Assembly (NCBI GenBank): GCA_951406725.2 | Contig: OX597815.1 | Span: 158,968,001-159,032,000, forward strand | DNA length: 64,000 nt | From: Octopus vulgaris | Lineage: Eukaryota | Reading direction: 5' to 3' | Shown: positions 12,246-26,461 of the stretch, in pieces | How the letters are laid out: each line of letters opens with the position of its first letter | Position numbering within the stretch: the first letter of the stretch is position 1 | The notes under the pieces: model-generated | Told to the model about the DNA's origin: nothing | The model's database searches: none | The model's input: the letters and a program-made list of their open reading frames with translations, nothing else | Position numbers and translations under genes: made by a program

Positions 12246-13280
12246 GCAATGCGTAAACGAACTAACCAACAAACAAATTTCTCATAATATATTTAAGAAA
12301 CAAAAAAGTCAAAAACAACAACATAGTAAATAATCAAGTTAGAAAAATAACTATGAAACGAAAAAAGAAGCGAGCATGCGAGCGCATCAATGGCCAACAG
12401 AACAAATCTGATGGGGTTTCTTGGAAAATAGTTCTGTGAAGCGAAGCGCAGTAAACAAATATCAGCTACATCCGCTGCCAATGATGCCATTTTCAACAAA
12501 GACTTAGAAAGTACATTTATCGCATCAGCTACCGTGTCAAAAACAAAGGACTAGGCGGACTAGCTTTACCCTCACCCCTCTCCCCCTCTCCCTCCCTCCC
12601 TCCCTCCACCTCTCTCTGTCCTTTTCTCTATCTTTACCTCTGTCCCTCTTTTTCTCTGTATCTTTGTGTATGTGTCTGTGTGTGTCTCTCTCTCTAGCTC
12701 TGTCTCTGCCCCACTCTCTCTCTCAATAGACAGAAAGTTGCTCCCACAGGAATTCTCAGACGCATGAGATCGGTTCATCTTTTTTTTTTTTTCCTCTAGT
12801 GTCTGATGCGTTCTTTCATTTTCCTTATCGCCATCTCTTTCTCCAACCCATCTTCTCTCACTGTCATTAGTTTCCTTTCCTTTACTTTTCCGTTTTTTTT
12901 TTCATTTTTATCACTTTTTGCTAGGGTTTTACTTTCTATCTCATTCTTTCACATTTCTTTTTCGCTTACAGTGAAATATCCATATATTTTGTCCCCTTTC
13001 TCTCTTCTCTTTCTTAATCCATCGGCGCTCACAAAATAAAATTTCACTCTGTCTCTCTTACGCACGGCCACCCACACAAAATCTCTCACACGCACATATG
13101 TACAAACATACATATACATACACACATAAATATACATGGATACTCACACACGCACACACTTAATCCGGTACACATATAATAAAATCTCTCACACACGTAC
13201 GCAAACACACTCACACGCACACATGAACACATGCAGAAATAAATACATGCACGAACATAGACTCACACTCACAGACGGCA

Positions 13281-13321
<41 letters not shown>

Positions 13322-13505
13322 ATACACACACACACTCACACACACACACACAGACACACACATACACACACACACACTCACACGCACGCACACACACTCG
13401 AACATCTCGTGTTTGTATATGTATATATATATATATATGTAGGTCCCGGGTTGATTCGGGGTTAACCACAGTAAATAAGGTACTCAATACATAGCAGAGT
13501 AAAAT

Positions 13506-13630
13506 TAATTTATTATATAGAAGGAGCTTCTACAGGACTAGAACTGTTTCATTCAAGAGAAATCTTCAGGAAGCTCCTGAAGATTTCTCTTGAATGAAAC
13601 AGTTCTAGTCCTGTAGAAGCTCCTTCTATA

Positions 13631-13640
<10 letters not shown>
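13506..13640. repeat. Perfect hairpin: 66-bp arms, 3-nt loop
   Basis: 13506-13571 is the exact reverse complement of 13575-13640; abuts a (TA)n tract. Confidence 0.95.
13523..13577 (-). ncRNA. Complete type-I hammerhead ribozyme motif (mirror copy on + at ~13569-13623)
   Basis: GGAGCUUC-CUGAAGA-U-UUC[UCUU]GAA-U-GAAA-CAG[UUCUAGUC]CUG-UA-GAAGCUCC. 8-bp stem I, GUA triplet, weak stem II. Confidence 0.82.
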
Positions 13641-13704
<64 letters not shown>

Positions 13705-13884
13705 ATATATATATACACACACATATACACATAGAATTCACAACGAGCTCGAACCTACAAGAGTAAACAAGAGAGACAGAGACAGGCAGAAACAAGGAAA
13801 ATGCCACTTGCATTTGAACACTATACAAATATTCTTTAAAAAAACGTTTTTAATTTTTCTAAATTTAATTGTTTTCCATACTTA

Positions 13885-13920
13885 CAGTTGAAAAAGTCTC
13901 AATGACTGAAACCGGTACTG
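13885..13920 (+). ncRNA. Minimal hammerhead motif with U3-A8 core variant
   Basis: CAG-UUGAAAA-AGUC[UCAAU]GACU-GAAA-CCGG-UA-CUG. Palindromic stem III ACCGGU; second copy at 61944-61979. Confidence 0.72.
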
Positions 13921-13954
13921 AAATGTTTTTTTATAAAATTATTTTAGCATTTTC

Positions 13955-14367
13955 TATACTCTTTTACTCTTTACTCTTTTACTTGTTTCAGTCATTCGAC
14001 TGCGGCCATGCTGGAGCACCACCTTTAGTCGAGCAAATCGACCCCGGGACTTATTCTTTGTAAGCCCAGTACTTATTCTATCGGTCTCTTTTGCCGAACC
14101 GCTAAGTGACGGGGACGTAAACACACCAGCATCGGTTGTCAAGCAATGCTAGGGGGACACACACAGACACACAAACACAGACACATACATACATACATAT
14201 ATATACATATATACGACAGGCTTCTTTCAGTTTCCGTCTACCAAATCCACTCACAAGCATTGGTCGGCCCGGGGCTATAGCAGAAGACACTTGCCCAAGA
14301 TGCCACGCAGTGGGACTGAACCCGGAACCATGTGGTTGGTTAGCAAGCTACTAACCACACAGCCACT
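13955..14367 (-). mobile_element. Family 2 tRNA-SINE, near full length
   Basis: Head AGTGGCTGTGTGGTTAGTAGCTTGC through the repeated GAGTAAAA tail. Confidence 0.9.
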
Positions 14368-15719
14368 TGACTTTTTTCCATGTGTATATATACAAACACC
14401 TATATATTCAAATGTTCACATACATATGAACATACACATACCAATATACAAGTACTTACATGTATACATAGTTACACACACTCGTACAACCTTAAACAGG
14501 CACGATATACGTACACCCTCTTCTTCCCGCTTTTACAGTTTTTCTAACACAGACGCACACACACACGCTCACACACATACACGCATCTACACTAACACAG
14601 TCTGTCACTCTCTGTCTCTGTCTGTCTGTCTCCCTCCCTCTGTCTATTTTTGTATCTCACAATCTCGTTGACACACACACACACACACACATATACACAT
14701 ACACACATACACACATTCTATCTCTTTGTGTCTCTCTTTTTAATATTCACACTGATATACTCACACACATACGCACGCGCACGCATGCGTGCGTGAACAC
14801 ACTCTATCTTTGGATTTCACTCTCGTTCTCTTTGAAGCACTCATACACGTATACACGCACGCACATACACACTCATGCACATATACGCACGCATACACGC
14901 ACATTCTCTCTCCCTATTTTTGAATTTCATTCTTTTAAACACTCATTCACACATATACACTCACACACACATAGATACACACACACACAAGCACACACAC
15001 ACACATGAACGTTCACGTAGGCAGACGACTTGCGGTCGTCTGCAAACTCCCTTGTGATTATTATGTGTTTATAGTTAAGTTCACTTAAATGCTCCTTTTG
15101 TTTTTGTTTTTGCGGAAGCAAATCAAATCAACTAAGCGACGAAGGGACCTGTTCGAAACGTTAGCATCTACTTTAACAAATGGCACAACTGAATACCACT
15201 GCATTCTTAATTTCTTTTCAAATTCTTGTTCATCCAGATTACCACAAGTTTTCAACGAGTGTGAGTCTGTATGAGGCCCCTAGACCTAAAATAGCAACCA
15301 AATTCGTTCGTGAATACCCTACCATACTTTTAAGAAGCAAGGTTTATTGAACAGTGTAGCTCCTGGAATACAAAAGGAAAGGACAGTCACAGTTGGAGCT
15401 CTATCGATTGTAGATCTACTCAGTCAACAAGCTCACTAATTCTAGAGACTAACATCAATAAATACCAACAAATATAGTAAATAATAGTACCAAATATAAC
15501 AACAATATGCTGAGGCGGACACTGAGCTGTAACCATTTCTTTACAATTTGAATGCTTGTACCTATTTGAAAAGTTAATAATTTCTAACATAAGTGCAAAA
15601 GTACAAATTTTGTAATTCGGAATACGGAAGTATTTCTGAAAACTTTGCCTTTAGATCCGTAAGATAGAACATGAAATTCAGTGGAAAAATATAAACGGGT
15701 TTCACGTTGAGGAATTCCA

Positions 15720-15880
15720 GCGTGGGCGTGTGGTAAGAAGCTTGCTTCCCAACCATGCGGGCTCGGGTTCAGTACTGGTACCTTGGGCAAGTGCCTTCCA
15801 CTCGAACCGACTAAAGCCTTGTGAGTGGATTTGGTAGACGGAAATTGAAAGAAATCTATCATGTATATGTGTACATTTGT

Positions 15881-15916
<36 letters not shown>

Positions 15917-16130
15917 GTATGTATATGTGCATATGTGTGTGTTAGACCCACTTGATAACCGGCGTTGATTTGTTTATGTTCCCGAAACCTAGTGGTTCGG
16001 CAAAAGCGCCCATAGAATAAGTACCAAACTTGAAAAATAAGTACTTGGGTCGTTCTGCTCGACTAAACCCTTCAAGGCGGTGCACCAGAATGGCTGTAGT
16101 CCAAAGGCTGAAACGAGTAAAAGACAAAAC
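15720..16130 (+). mobile_element. Family 2 tRNA-SINE (diverged)
   Basis: Same head, core and tail blocks as the other family 2 copies. Confidence 0.82.
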
Positions 16131-19100
16131 AATTACGACAAAATTTTCAGGAACGTAATATTTCCGTAAAGCGGATTTGCTTGTATTTTCGAGAAGAGAG
16201 GTTGACTGGATTAAATTGCACCTCGTACTTTATTTTGTCGACTCTGAAATCTAAAAGATAAAAATTCAATTCTAACGCGATTTAACTGCATACTATGAAG
16301 AGAGATATACGATGCACAGCGTGGCCTGAAGGCTGTTTTTAGCAGTTTTCTCTCTCTTTAAGTACGAATCATAGAAAATCAGATAGAAACACTATTTTTG
16401 GCTGTTGTCAAAAATGTTTATCTGATTCTGAAGTTAGTTTTATCTCTTTGAAAAAAGGAAAATGGTATATTTCATAAAGGATATTAACAGAGAAAGTAAA
16501 ATGAACATCGATTATATAAAATCTGTTCTGTCTGTCTGTGCGTGTGTCTTCTAAGATCTCGGGCATCCTCCACCCGATTACGCTCAAATTTGATATGTAG
16601 ATACCGACGGTACCAAGGCGTGCATAAGTCTTCAAAAAATTACAAAAATCGATTCCAGGTAAGAACGCGATCGATAAAGCCATAGGAACGTGCATTTGTA
16701 CGCGCAAGTAAATCAGCTGTTGCGATCGATACCACGCGTACGCGAGAAAAATGCACATGCAGTTTGCGCAAAAATAGCCCTCTGGCTTGAAATAACGCCA
16801 CAAAATGCAGTATATAGTCTTTTGCATATTTGTGAATAAAATCGTTTTTCTTTGGAATAGTAAAAAAAGTTTATCTTTATTTCTTCTGTTGCTGGTGTCT
16901 CAAATTTAGGTTAAATCAGTGTTTCTCAAAGGGGAGACCTATGGGACGGTCGGACAAGTTGTTTTGAGAAAATTTGGTTTAAATGTTTGACAACTCAGTA
17001 CCGTTCATTGGACGGGAGGCGTTTTGCTCGTGAATCAATAAATTTGAAACTGTAATGTGGTCCCCATGTAGTTGAAACAGACTGTTTTACTTTTATAGAG
17101 CTGTAATTGAGGGAGACAAACACTAATACAAAGACATATACATGCTCATATACGACCGGCTTCCACACAGTTTCCATCTACCAAATTCACTCACAAAGCA
17201 TTGGTTGGCCCGGGGCTGCAGTAGAAAACATTTGCCCAACGTGCCGTGTAGTAGGATTGAACCCGAAATCTCCTGGTTGCAAAGCAAACTTCTTGACTAC
17301 ACAGCCATTTGTAGACAAACGGCAGCCTTCTTGAAGCATAATTGCCTTCTTTCCACTAGAACTAAGAGTTAGTATGGGTAGAATTTGATAAAGAATGTTC
17401 GATAAGAATAGGGAGATGAATAAAGTTAATAAATAAATTTTAAAGAAACTGATGATAGGGAAGAATTTGCGAAGTATGAAAGATAAGTTTGGAGAAAAAG
17501 AATGTCGAAACTTTAAAGAATGGGACTACAAGAAAAACCAAACCAATAAAAACTGTGTGGATTAGAGAGTAAACGCTTTTACTGTTCACATAAATATACT
17601 TTACATTTACATATATGCAACAAGTGTGCGTGTATGTGTGTGCTGGGGTGAGTGTTTGTATATGTTTGTGTGCTGGGGGCGTGTGTGTATGTATTTGCGT
17701 TTGTAAGTGTACTTATAAGTGTGTACTTGTGTGCTAAGCCCGGTTTCACCCGGTAGGTTTGGGTGATGTGGCTATAAAACCTGCTCTGTCTAAGCATTCG
17801 ACTTGTTTGGGCACGCTTACGTTAAAAAACAATTTTAGAATGACTTTTTCTGTCAAAACGCTAAAAATAAATGAGCGGCAAAAAAATAATAACATGCAAA
17901 GATTCAACCAAATCAAAAAATAAACCCAAATACTAAGCGAACAAAGATGAACCATCCCACTTCCATTGCGCGCGCATACGCACACACACACAAACACACA
18001 CGCATAGACACACAGAGTTGAAACGCTGTTTGATTTATTTTTTCAGCGTACAATTTTCATCATCCCACTACCAAGTATGACATCACCCCTTCCTTCGTTT
18101 TTCATCTATCACCCCTTCCTTTCTCATTCATAAACACAAGAGTATTATTATAGTAGATTATCTCAGTAACCATGGTAGCTATGAAAAATACAAAGCCCAG
18201 CATCACCACCGGATCATTCTACACATCTGTGTATATATATATATATTCGCATGAAATTTTGAAATAAAACTAAACAACATACATATATACATACATATAT
18301 ACATACGTACATACATACATACATACATACATACATACATACATACATACATACATACATACATGCATGCATGCATGCATGCATGCATGCATACATACAT
18401 ACATACATGCATGCATACATACATACATACATACATACATACATACATACATACATACATACATACATACATACATACATGACTGTCAACACATAAACGT
18501 GTATGAGCATTACTGACAAACTACCTTACTCTAGAAATATTAAATACACTATCACCAATACCTCCACTGAAATTTAAAGTCAATAAAAGCTTGCACAATG
18601 CCGCTAAAACTCTCACCTACAAAACCAAATAGTCCAGAAACAAGCTAGAGCATGATCGCCGGCATTGCAAAGATGAGAGTGTTATTTCGGAATTTCCATC
18701 TGGAGAGATGTCTAAACGAAGTCTAGGACGAAGAACAAAGCCTGTCAAAAGACACATGAACTCAGTAGAAACAATAGCCATCCAATATACATACATACAT
18801 ACATACATACATACATACATACATACATACATACATAAACCAATCCCTCTCTAACCCCCCCCCCCACACACATCCATGTATGTACACTGAACGGATGTCT
18901 GAACCCGATCTACTATTCTGAAATCACTCAAGTTCTCACTATCCCTGACAAGTCCTCCTTGAATCTGTGGTTTTTATATTCACCAGACATTACCCAGTTA
19001 TGAATAGAGTTGTACCATCTGGCTGTACATTACAATATGCAACTGAATGTTTGCGTGTGTAAAAGTATGTATGTATGTATGTATGTATGTATGTATGTAT

Positions 19101-19187
19101 GTATGTATGTATGTATGTATGTATGTATGTATGTATGTATGTAGGTAGGTAGTTATGTATGTATGTATGTATGTATATATAGGTACG

Positions 19188-19290
<103 letters not shown>

Positions 19291-19361
19291 TTGATCATGT
19301 AAATACATATGGACATTCACTCACAGAAAACACACACACACTAATGTAAGGACGCATAGAC

Positions 19362-19414
<53 letters not shown>

Positions 19415-20163
19415 TGTATGTATGTATGTATGTATGTATGTATGTATGTATGTATGTATACAGACAAGTTTACTCACGAAACCTTTCACATCATTTTCTC
19501 ACATTCTCTCTATCCACATTCCCTCTTCCTCTCTCAACTTAATACATACTTAGTCCAATAACTGAATATACGAAGTCACGTTTTCCCTCCCATAGATTCC
19601 ACGTCCCTTTCTTTCTTTCGACCTTCTACATATACTATCTCCCCCTTTCCCCCATCTCTCTCTACCTCTCAGTTCCATTCACAAATCTCTGATCTTCACT
19701 AACTTTTATATTACTCTGTTAAGTTCATACAAACAACATTGATTCTCCATTAGATTATCGGTATTTATCAATCTGATATTATTGGACGGGTTCCTAACGG
19801 AATTCCGAATTACCAAAATAACTCCTCTAGATGCGAATCCACTTTATTACTGTATTTAATCCGTTCTTATTAATGATGTAACGCGGAAAACCAGAATATT
19901 CTTCCTTCAACTTAGTAACAAGCGGTTCACTGTACTCCTCAATTTCGCTACAAAATTGCTTCAGAATTCACTTTGCAATCATATACGTTCGAGTTTTCCC
20001 GTTGCGTGCCACCTTCGGCAAGTATTTTCTTCCATAGCCTTGAGTCAACCAAAGCCTTGTGAGTAGATCTGGTGAATTTCATAGACGGAAACTGCGTAGA
20101 AGTTCGTATACATACGTATATACATACATACATTATGTATTTACACATAAAACGTGATATGAT

Positions 20164-20224
<61 letters not shown>

Positions 20225-20289
20225 GATGATGATGATGATGATGATGGCTGTCCACTCATGGACGAGGAAGACTGATGATCATTGCCCCT

Positions 20290-20566
20290 GCAAAATTCTA
20301 AAACACCTGAAGCTCCACGAGGGGCCTGCAGGGGGTGGTGGCGAACCCTGCTGTACTCTTTCACCACAACTTTCCTTCACTCTTCCTGTTTCTGTTGTAC
20401 CGGTATTTCAAAGGGCCAGCTTTGTTGCACTGAATCTCCCCGAGAACTACGTTAAGGGTACACGTGTTTGTGGAGTGCTCAGCCACTTGCACGTTAATTT
20501 CACGAGCAAGCTGTTCCGTTGATTGGTTCAACTGGAACCCTTGTCGTCGTAACCGATGGAGTGCCA
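20290..20566 (+). mobile_element. Family 1 SINE, 5' truncated
   Basis: Reverse complement of about 751-1040. Confidence 0.85.
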
Positions 20567-20799
20567 CGATATATATATATATTTTTTTTATTTTACTTTG
20601 TTTCAGTCATTTGACTGCGGCCATGCCGGAGCACCGCCTTTTAGTCGAGCAAATCGACCCTGGGACTCACTCTTTGTAAGCCCAGTACTCACTCTATTGG
20701 TCTGTCTTGCCGAACCGCTAAATGACGGGGACATAAACACACCAGCATCGGTTGTCAAGCAATGCTAGGGGGACAAACACAGACACACAAACATACACA

Positions 20800-20845
<46 letters not shown>

Positions 20846-21175
20846 CATACATACATACATACATACATACATACATACATACATACATACATACATAAAT
20901 GCGCCCTTTTAAAGCCTAGCCAGGCTCATGGGCCCGGTTTCCCGGTTTCTATGGCGTATGTGTAGGTAGAACACAACGCGTCGCCCGGTCCAGGAATCGA
21001 AACCACAATCTTACGATCATGGAGCTGACACCCTAACCACTAATCCCCCCCACACACACATACACACACACAGATATATATATATATATATATATATTCA
21101 AAATGTGACCGCGTGTGTACCGTTGGTGATTTCTTTTCCTCTGTCTTCCCTTCTCTGGATCTTTCCTTCTCCTAT

Positions 21176-21210
21176 GTTTCCGACGAAGAGCTCCGCTCGA
21201 AACGTTAAAC
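21176..21210 (+). ncRNA. Minimal type-I hammerhead motif (CCGACGA core)
   Basis: GUUU-CCGACGA-A-GAGC[UCC]GCUC-GAAA-CG-UU-AAAC. Perfect stems I and II; insert 21100-21295 flanked by TA runs. Confidence 0.72.
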
Positions 21211-22625
21211 CCTCCTTCTTTCCTTCTTTCCTGAGCCTCCAATAATACTATATTTGTTCCACGTCCTCGCGTTGTTTTCTTGTTTGGATTAACTATATAT
21301 ATAACAGGAAGGCCTATTGGATTAGTGTTCTGTCTATGCCTTCGAAACATGCCTGACTCCACTAGCGGCAGCTGATGACGGGGGTTTTGTCCTTGTGTAG
21401 CTCGTCCTGTAATTGTTTTTCGTTTTCTTGTTTTTCGTTTTCTTGTTTTATGTTTTTTGGTTTTTTCCGTTTCTATGTCTTATTGTAATGTCCTGTACTC
21501 ACGTATAATTATTTATATATGCATGTATATATACATGTAGATGTAGGTACGTACATATATGTTTGTATGTATGCATATATTTTTATTTATCACCTAAATA
21601 TATATATACATACATACTTTCATATGGATGTTTCTTTGTGTCACAGTTTGTCCTCCAACCACCGCTTGACAGCCGGTGTTGGTATTTTTATGTCCCTGTA
21701 AGTTAGTGTCCGGTAAAAAGAAATCGATGGAAAAAAATATATTACTTTAATTTTAAAAAATAAAAAAATTAATTCTGAGGTCGATTTCGTCAATTAACTC
21801 TACAAGGCGGTATTCCAGCATGATTGCAATCGAATGACCGAAACAAGCGCCATGTTTTCCAGCATACAATCTATGTAGTATGTAGTGTAAACATTCAATC
21901 ATTGTCACTATCTTTCCAAACCCTAAGCATTTCGCATGGAATTTTTCGTCCTCCATAGCCCGCTAAGTCTTTAAATCGATCTACCTTTCCTTTCATAGCT
22001 GTAAATTTCAATCTGGCGCATTTGCTTTGTATACTGGAATATACTGCAAAAAATGGTATTTATAACAAAAGTAAAATCAATAAAAAACTTTTCTCGTTCA
22101 CTTTCCTCTAATTCTCGCAGTTTAGTTCGTTGCTTTCGTTTTGCTTTCCTTTCTTTCTTTTTTTTTCTTTTTTGTTCTCCCAAGAAATTCTTCCCAAGTA
22201 TTTTTCTTTCGGCCTCTATTTATGCTGGTTTGTTTGTTTGTTTATTCGTCTGTCAGTTCTTATCGAATATTCCTTATTGAATCTTATTCAGATTAATTCT
22301 AGGTCCTAGTGGAATGGAATCACTGCTTCGGGCTGACTATCGTCTGATTACAAGCGAATTTCTGTACATGGAAGATAATTCTTCGTGATTGGTCAATTGA
22401 AAAGTATCTTGCGAACGCACGCACGCACACACGAACACACACGCGTGTGTGAGCCACAGATACGTACACACACACATACACACATACACAAGCACACACA
22501 TACATACACACACACACATTCACGCACACCAACGCGTGCACAAACACACGCACACACTCTTAGTCATCAGCATTCTCTTATGTGCATACACACATTTACT
22601 CATATTTGCACATGTACACATATAT

Positions 22626-22948
22626 GTGAAGGCGCGTGGCTTACTGGTTAGGGCATTTGACTCACGATTGGAAGATCGTGAGTTCGATTACCGGTGACAC
22701 GTTGTGTCCTTGAGCAAGACACTCTATTTCACGTTGCTCCTGTCCACTCAGCTGGCAACAATGAGTAGTACCTGTATTTCAAAGGGCCAGCCTTGTCAGA
22801 CTCTGTGTCACGCTGAATCTCCCTGAGAACTACGTTAAGGGTACAAGTCTCTGTGGAGTGCTCAGCCATTTGCACGTTAATTTTACGAGCAAGCTGTTCC
22901 GTTGATCGAATCAGCTGGGACCCTCGTCGCTGTAACCGACGGAGCACC
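22626..22948 (+). mobile_element. Chimeric SINE: family 4 head and core with family 1 tail (second copy ~59020-59320, minus)
   Basis: Head and core match 1854-2000; from GTACCTGTATTTCAAAGGGCCAG onward it matches the family 1 tail. Confidence 0.85.
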
Positions 22949-23831
22949 CCCTTTTATTTGGAAAAAAAATGGAAAAAATACACATATGCACATACATACT
23001 TAGTTTGACTTGCTTACATTCATATATAAGTTTGAAGAATTGATAAATTTTTACACGTTATGTAAAAGAGAATATTTTCTCTAATGGTGTGAAGGAAATA
23101 AAGACAGAAATATTAAATTGATGGTTTTCGTGTTTGTCAATTTCATTGATTATATTAAAGGTTATATTAAGATAACTTATTTATTCAAATTTATCTCTTG
23201 TCCATTTTTCTTCATTAGTTTCTTACTGTAACATGACATCGTCTAAGCAACTGTTCTAAAAGACAGCAATTTTTCTCAGTTCATACACATTCAGAATAAA
23301 CCGTTGTTTTCAGTTAGTCCCAGATTAGATTTGATCTTGTAGATCTATGATCTGAGGGAGGGCTTCTCAAAATAGATGATAATGCCTTCTTGGGAGTGGG
23401 GGTTGAAAATTTTATATGGGTATCTGGGACAAAGGGCTGATAGGAATGATAGAAGCATCTGTACAGCTTTTTTGGCCGCCATGGGTTTTGGCCACCATGG
23501 GTATTGCAGTAAATCACTAAATCATCCATAACTTTTGTATTATCCTCCCAAATTACACCAAAATCTCAGACAATAAGAATTAATATTGTATTTATTGTCT
23601 GTGAAAATTATAGAATATAAAACAACTTTGATAAAAACTTATACCTACTTTTCTGACGAAAACAATGCCGTTCTGAACATTTTGGCCGCAATTGTATATG
23701 TAAAATTCCTCGTCAAGTATAATATTGACAGTGAGTTCAAAGTTTCGAACAGCTAAGCCATCGTCATTTGTTAGTATTTGTAAGTCTGAAGTATGCGCAC
23801 ATTTTTTAATTTGAATCTACACGCGCTCATG

Positions 23832-23893
<62 letters not shown>

Positions 23894-24259
23894 ACACTTC
23901 AAGCGCCTATGTCTTTTTGTTTGTTTTCGATGCCAATATTACCAATGCCTCTCTGTATTTATATTTATAGAGGTAAGAAAAAAGGAAAGATATAAATGTA
24001 AATAGATAAAAAGAGAGATAGAGTACAGAAGAGAAAGAGAGAGGGAAGAGAGGAACAACGGGAAGTAAAGATAGAGGGAAAGAGAATAAAAAGAATAGGA
24101 ACCTCAAAAGATCCATTCTGCCCCCAAAATATTTGTAGAACAAAGAAAGTAGTTTCAAATATTTTCCACAAATAACCACATAAACAATCAGGTATTCACT
24201 TAAACATGCACAACAAAAACGTCCGCATTATAGTCCAGCATATCAAAGCGAAATTTCTC

Positions 24260-24420
24260 TGCGCATGCGCAACTATTCACATTTTTTTTTCTTTTAGTTA
24301 TACAAAAACAAGCAACAAAGTGTGATTTAGTATTCAGCTCCATTTTCCTTTACTTCACAGTTTTGGAGATTGTGCACAGCACAAAGTCAACGGCTTTCTT
24401 GACATGGCGGTAGATGGCGG
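24260..24420 (+). promoter_or_regulatory. Candidate regulatory element: NRF1 palindrome plus YY1/CTCF-like motifs
   Basis: TGCGCATGCGCA at 24260-24271 and ACATGGCGGTAGATGGCGG at 24402-24420, in non-repetitive sequence. Motif match only. Confidence 0.35.
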
Positions 24421-24849
24421 TTGATATGTGCTTTCTATATGAAGTAATCAATTTGCCAAGAGGCAGAAACTCGGCTGTGATTAGCTTCAATAGTAAACTA
24501 TCATCAATCAATTATATCATTAGTTTACCTTTAGCATTTATTTTCCTTGCACCTGTCAACATTTAGCGAAAATAACCTTTCTTCCGAAATTCATTCACTC
24601 ACTCAGCCATCACTCACTCACTCACTCACCTACTCTTTTTCTTGTCCAAGTTCCATATATTTTGTTTCCTTCTCCACTCTCACTCCTATTCACTTCAAGT
24701 TCCTCAATAAAGAAACGCATATAAACATGCAGCCACCTCCACACTCTTGCACGCACGCGCACACATACACACACACACACAACATACGCGCTCGCGCGCG
24801 CGCGCACACACATACACATACACACACGTACACATACACACACAGAAAC

Positions 24850-26392
24850 TTAAGAACTTGAGGCGCCAGTTGAAGGTGAAACAGGAGGAAAAGTCACCTC
24901 TAATGGACCTATGGAATATCCTCTGCAAGAAGCTTATGACAATAAAGAGGAATGAATGACATAGGAGACGGCAGAAGGAGAGAGCCAGTAAACGAACAAA
25001 TTTTCTAGCAAGCTCATGTGGGTTTACAAAACAGCTGCTAGTCAAGAAACGCAGCATTCAACTCACCTGTTCCAAATGTGAGAACGACATTCACCTCAGA
25101 GCCAGCTTTTTAGTGACGATTCGATTCCAGAGAACAAGGCTTGAGTCATTGCAGGAGTGGCTGTGTGGCAAGTAGCTTGCTTACGAACCACATGGTTCCG
25201 GGTTCAGTCCCACTACGTGGCACCTTGGGTAGATGTGCCTCGAGCCGACCAAAGCCTTGTGAGCGGATTTGGTAGAAGAAAACTGAAAGAAGCCCGTCGT
25301 ATATATGTATGTGTGTGTGTATGTTTGAGTCTGTGTTTGTCCCCCAACATCGCTTGACAACCGATGCTGGTGTGTTTACGTCCCCGTAACTTAGCGGTTA
25401 GGCAAAAGAGACCGATAGAATAAGTACTAGGCTTACAAAGAATAAGTCCTGGGGTCGATTTGTTTCGACTTAAGGAGGTGCTCCAGCATGGCCACAGTCA
25501 AATGACTGAAACAAGTAAAAAGTAAAAAGTAAGTAAGTTCACCTACACCTACTTTGTAATTTGATGGCAAGATGGCCCTGAAGGTGGTCAAGAAAGCAAG
25601 ACTAGTTTCAGAATTCTTATTTTGTGTTTTTCACACGTTCATTGGTGTAGATTTGAAATATAGCTCTCTGAGAGAACGTTTCAGTGGCCAAAAACATGTT
25701 GAACTATGTAAAAGGTGAGAGAAAGAAACCTAGTTATTTCTTGCAATAAATACAACCAAAGCAAAACATTTTCATGAACACCTAAAATACTGGCGTAGAC
25801 CCCCCCCCACAATTTACCATTGTGCTTGTTTAGACCCTACCCCTCAGGGTGTGGAGGATCCCGGGGGGTATATGGAAGAGAGGCAATGAAACTCGGTAGT
25901 GGAAGTACGTAGAAGCGGGGTAGATTCCAATAGAAGAGCCAAAAACTATCAGTCAGTTTAGAATTATCAATGCCGAGAGCAAGATATTCTTCAGCAATCT
26001 TATTAGGCGCCTGTAAGACTACTTCCTGAAGAATACATACATCGATACCTCAGTTCAGAAAGGAGATATCCCAAAGGTATTAGGGTGTCTACAGCACGTA
26101 GGTGTGGTCACCCTGTTGATGAAGGAAACAAGAAAAGATAAAAAGAACTGGAAGTGTTGTGGCCGTATCTTGCAAATAGGCGTAGGCATGGGTATGTAGT
26201 AAAAAGCTTGTTTTCCAACCACATGGTTCCGAGTTCACTCCTAACGCGCGGCACCTTGGGAAAGTGTCTGCGACTATAGACTCGGCCGACCAAAGCCTTG
26301 TGAATGGATTTAGTAGGCGTGAACTGAAAAAAGCCAGTTGTGTGTGTGTGTGTGTATATATGTATGTATGTATGTATCTATCTATCTATCTC

Positions 26393-26461
<69 letters not shown>

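Noticed and set aside
16917-17084. hAT/Charlie-like MITE starting CAGTGTTTCTCAA
   Set aside because: The right end is degenerate and there is no 8-bp TSD.
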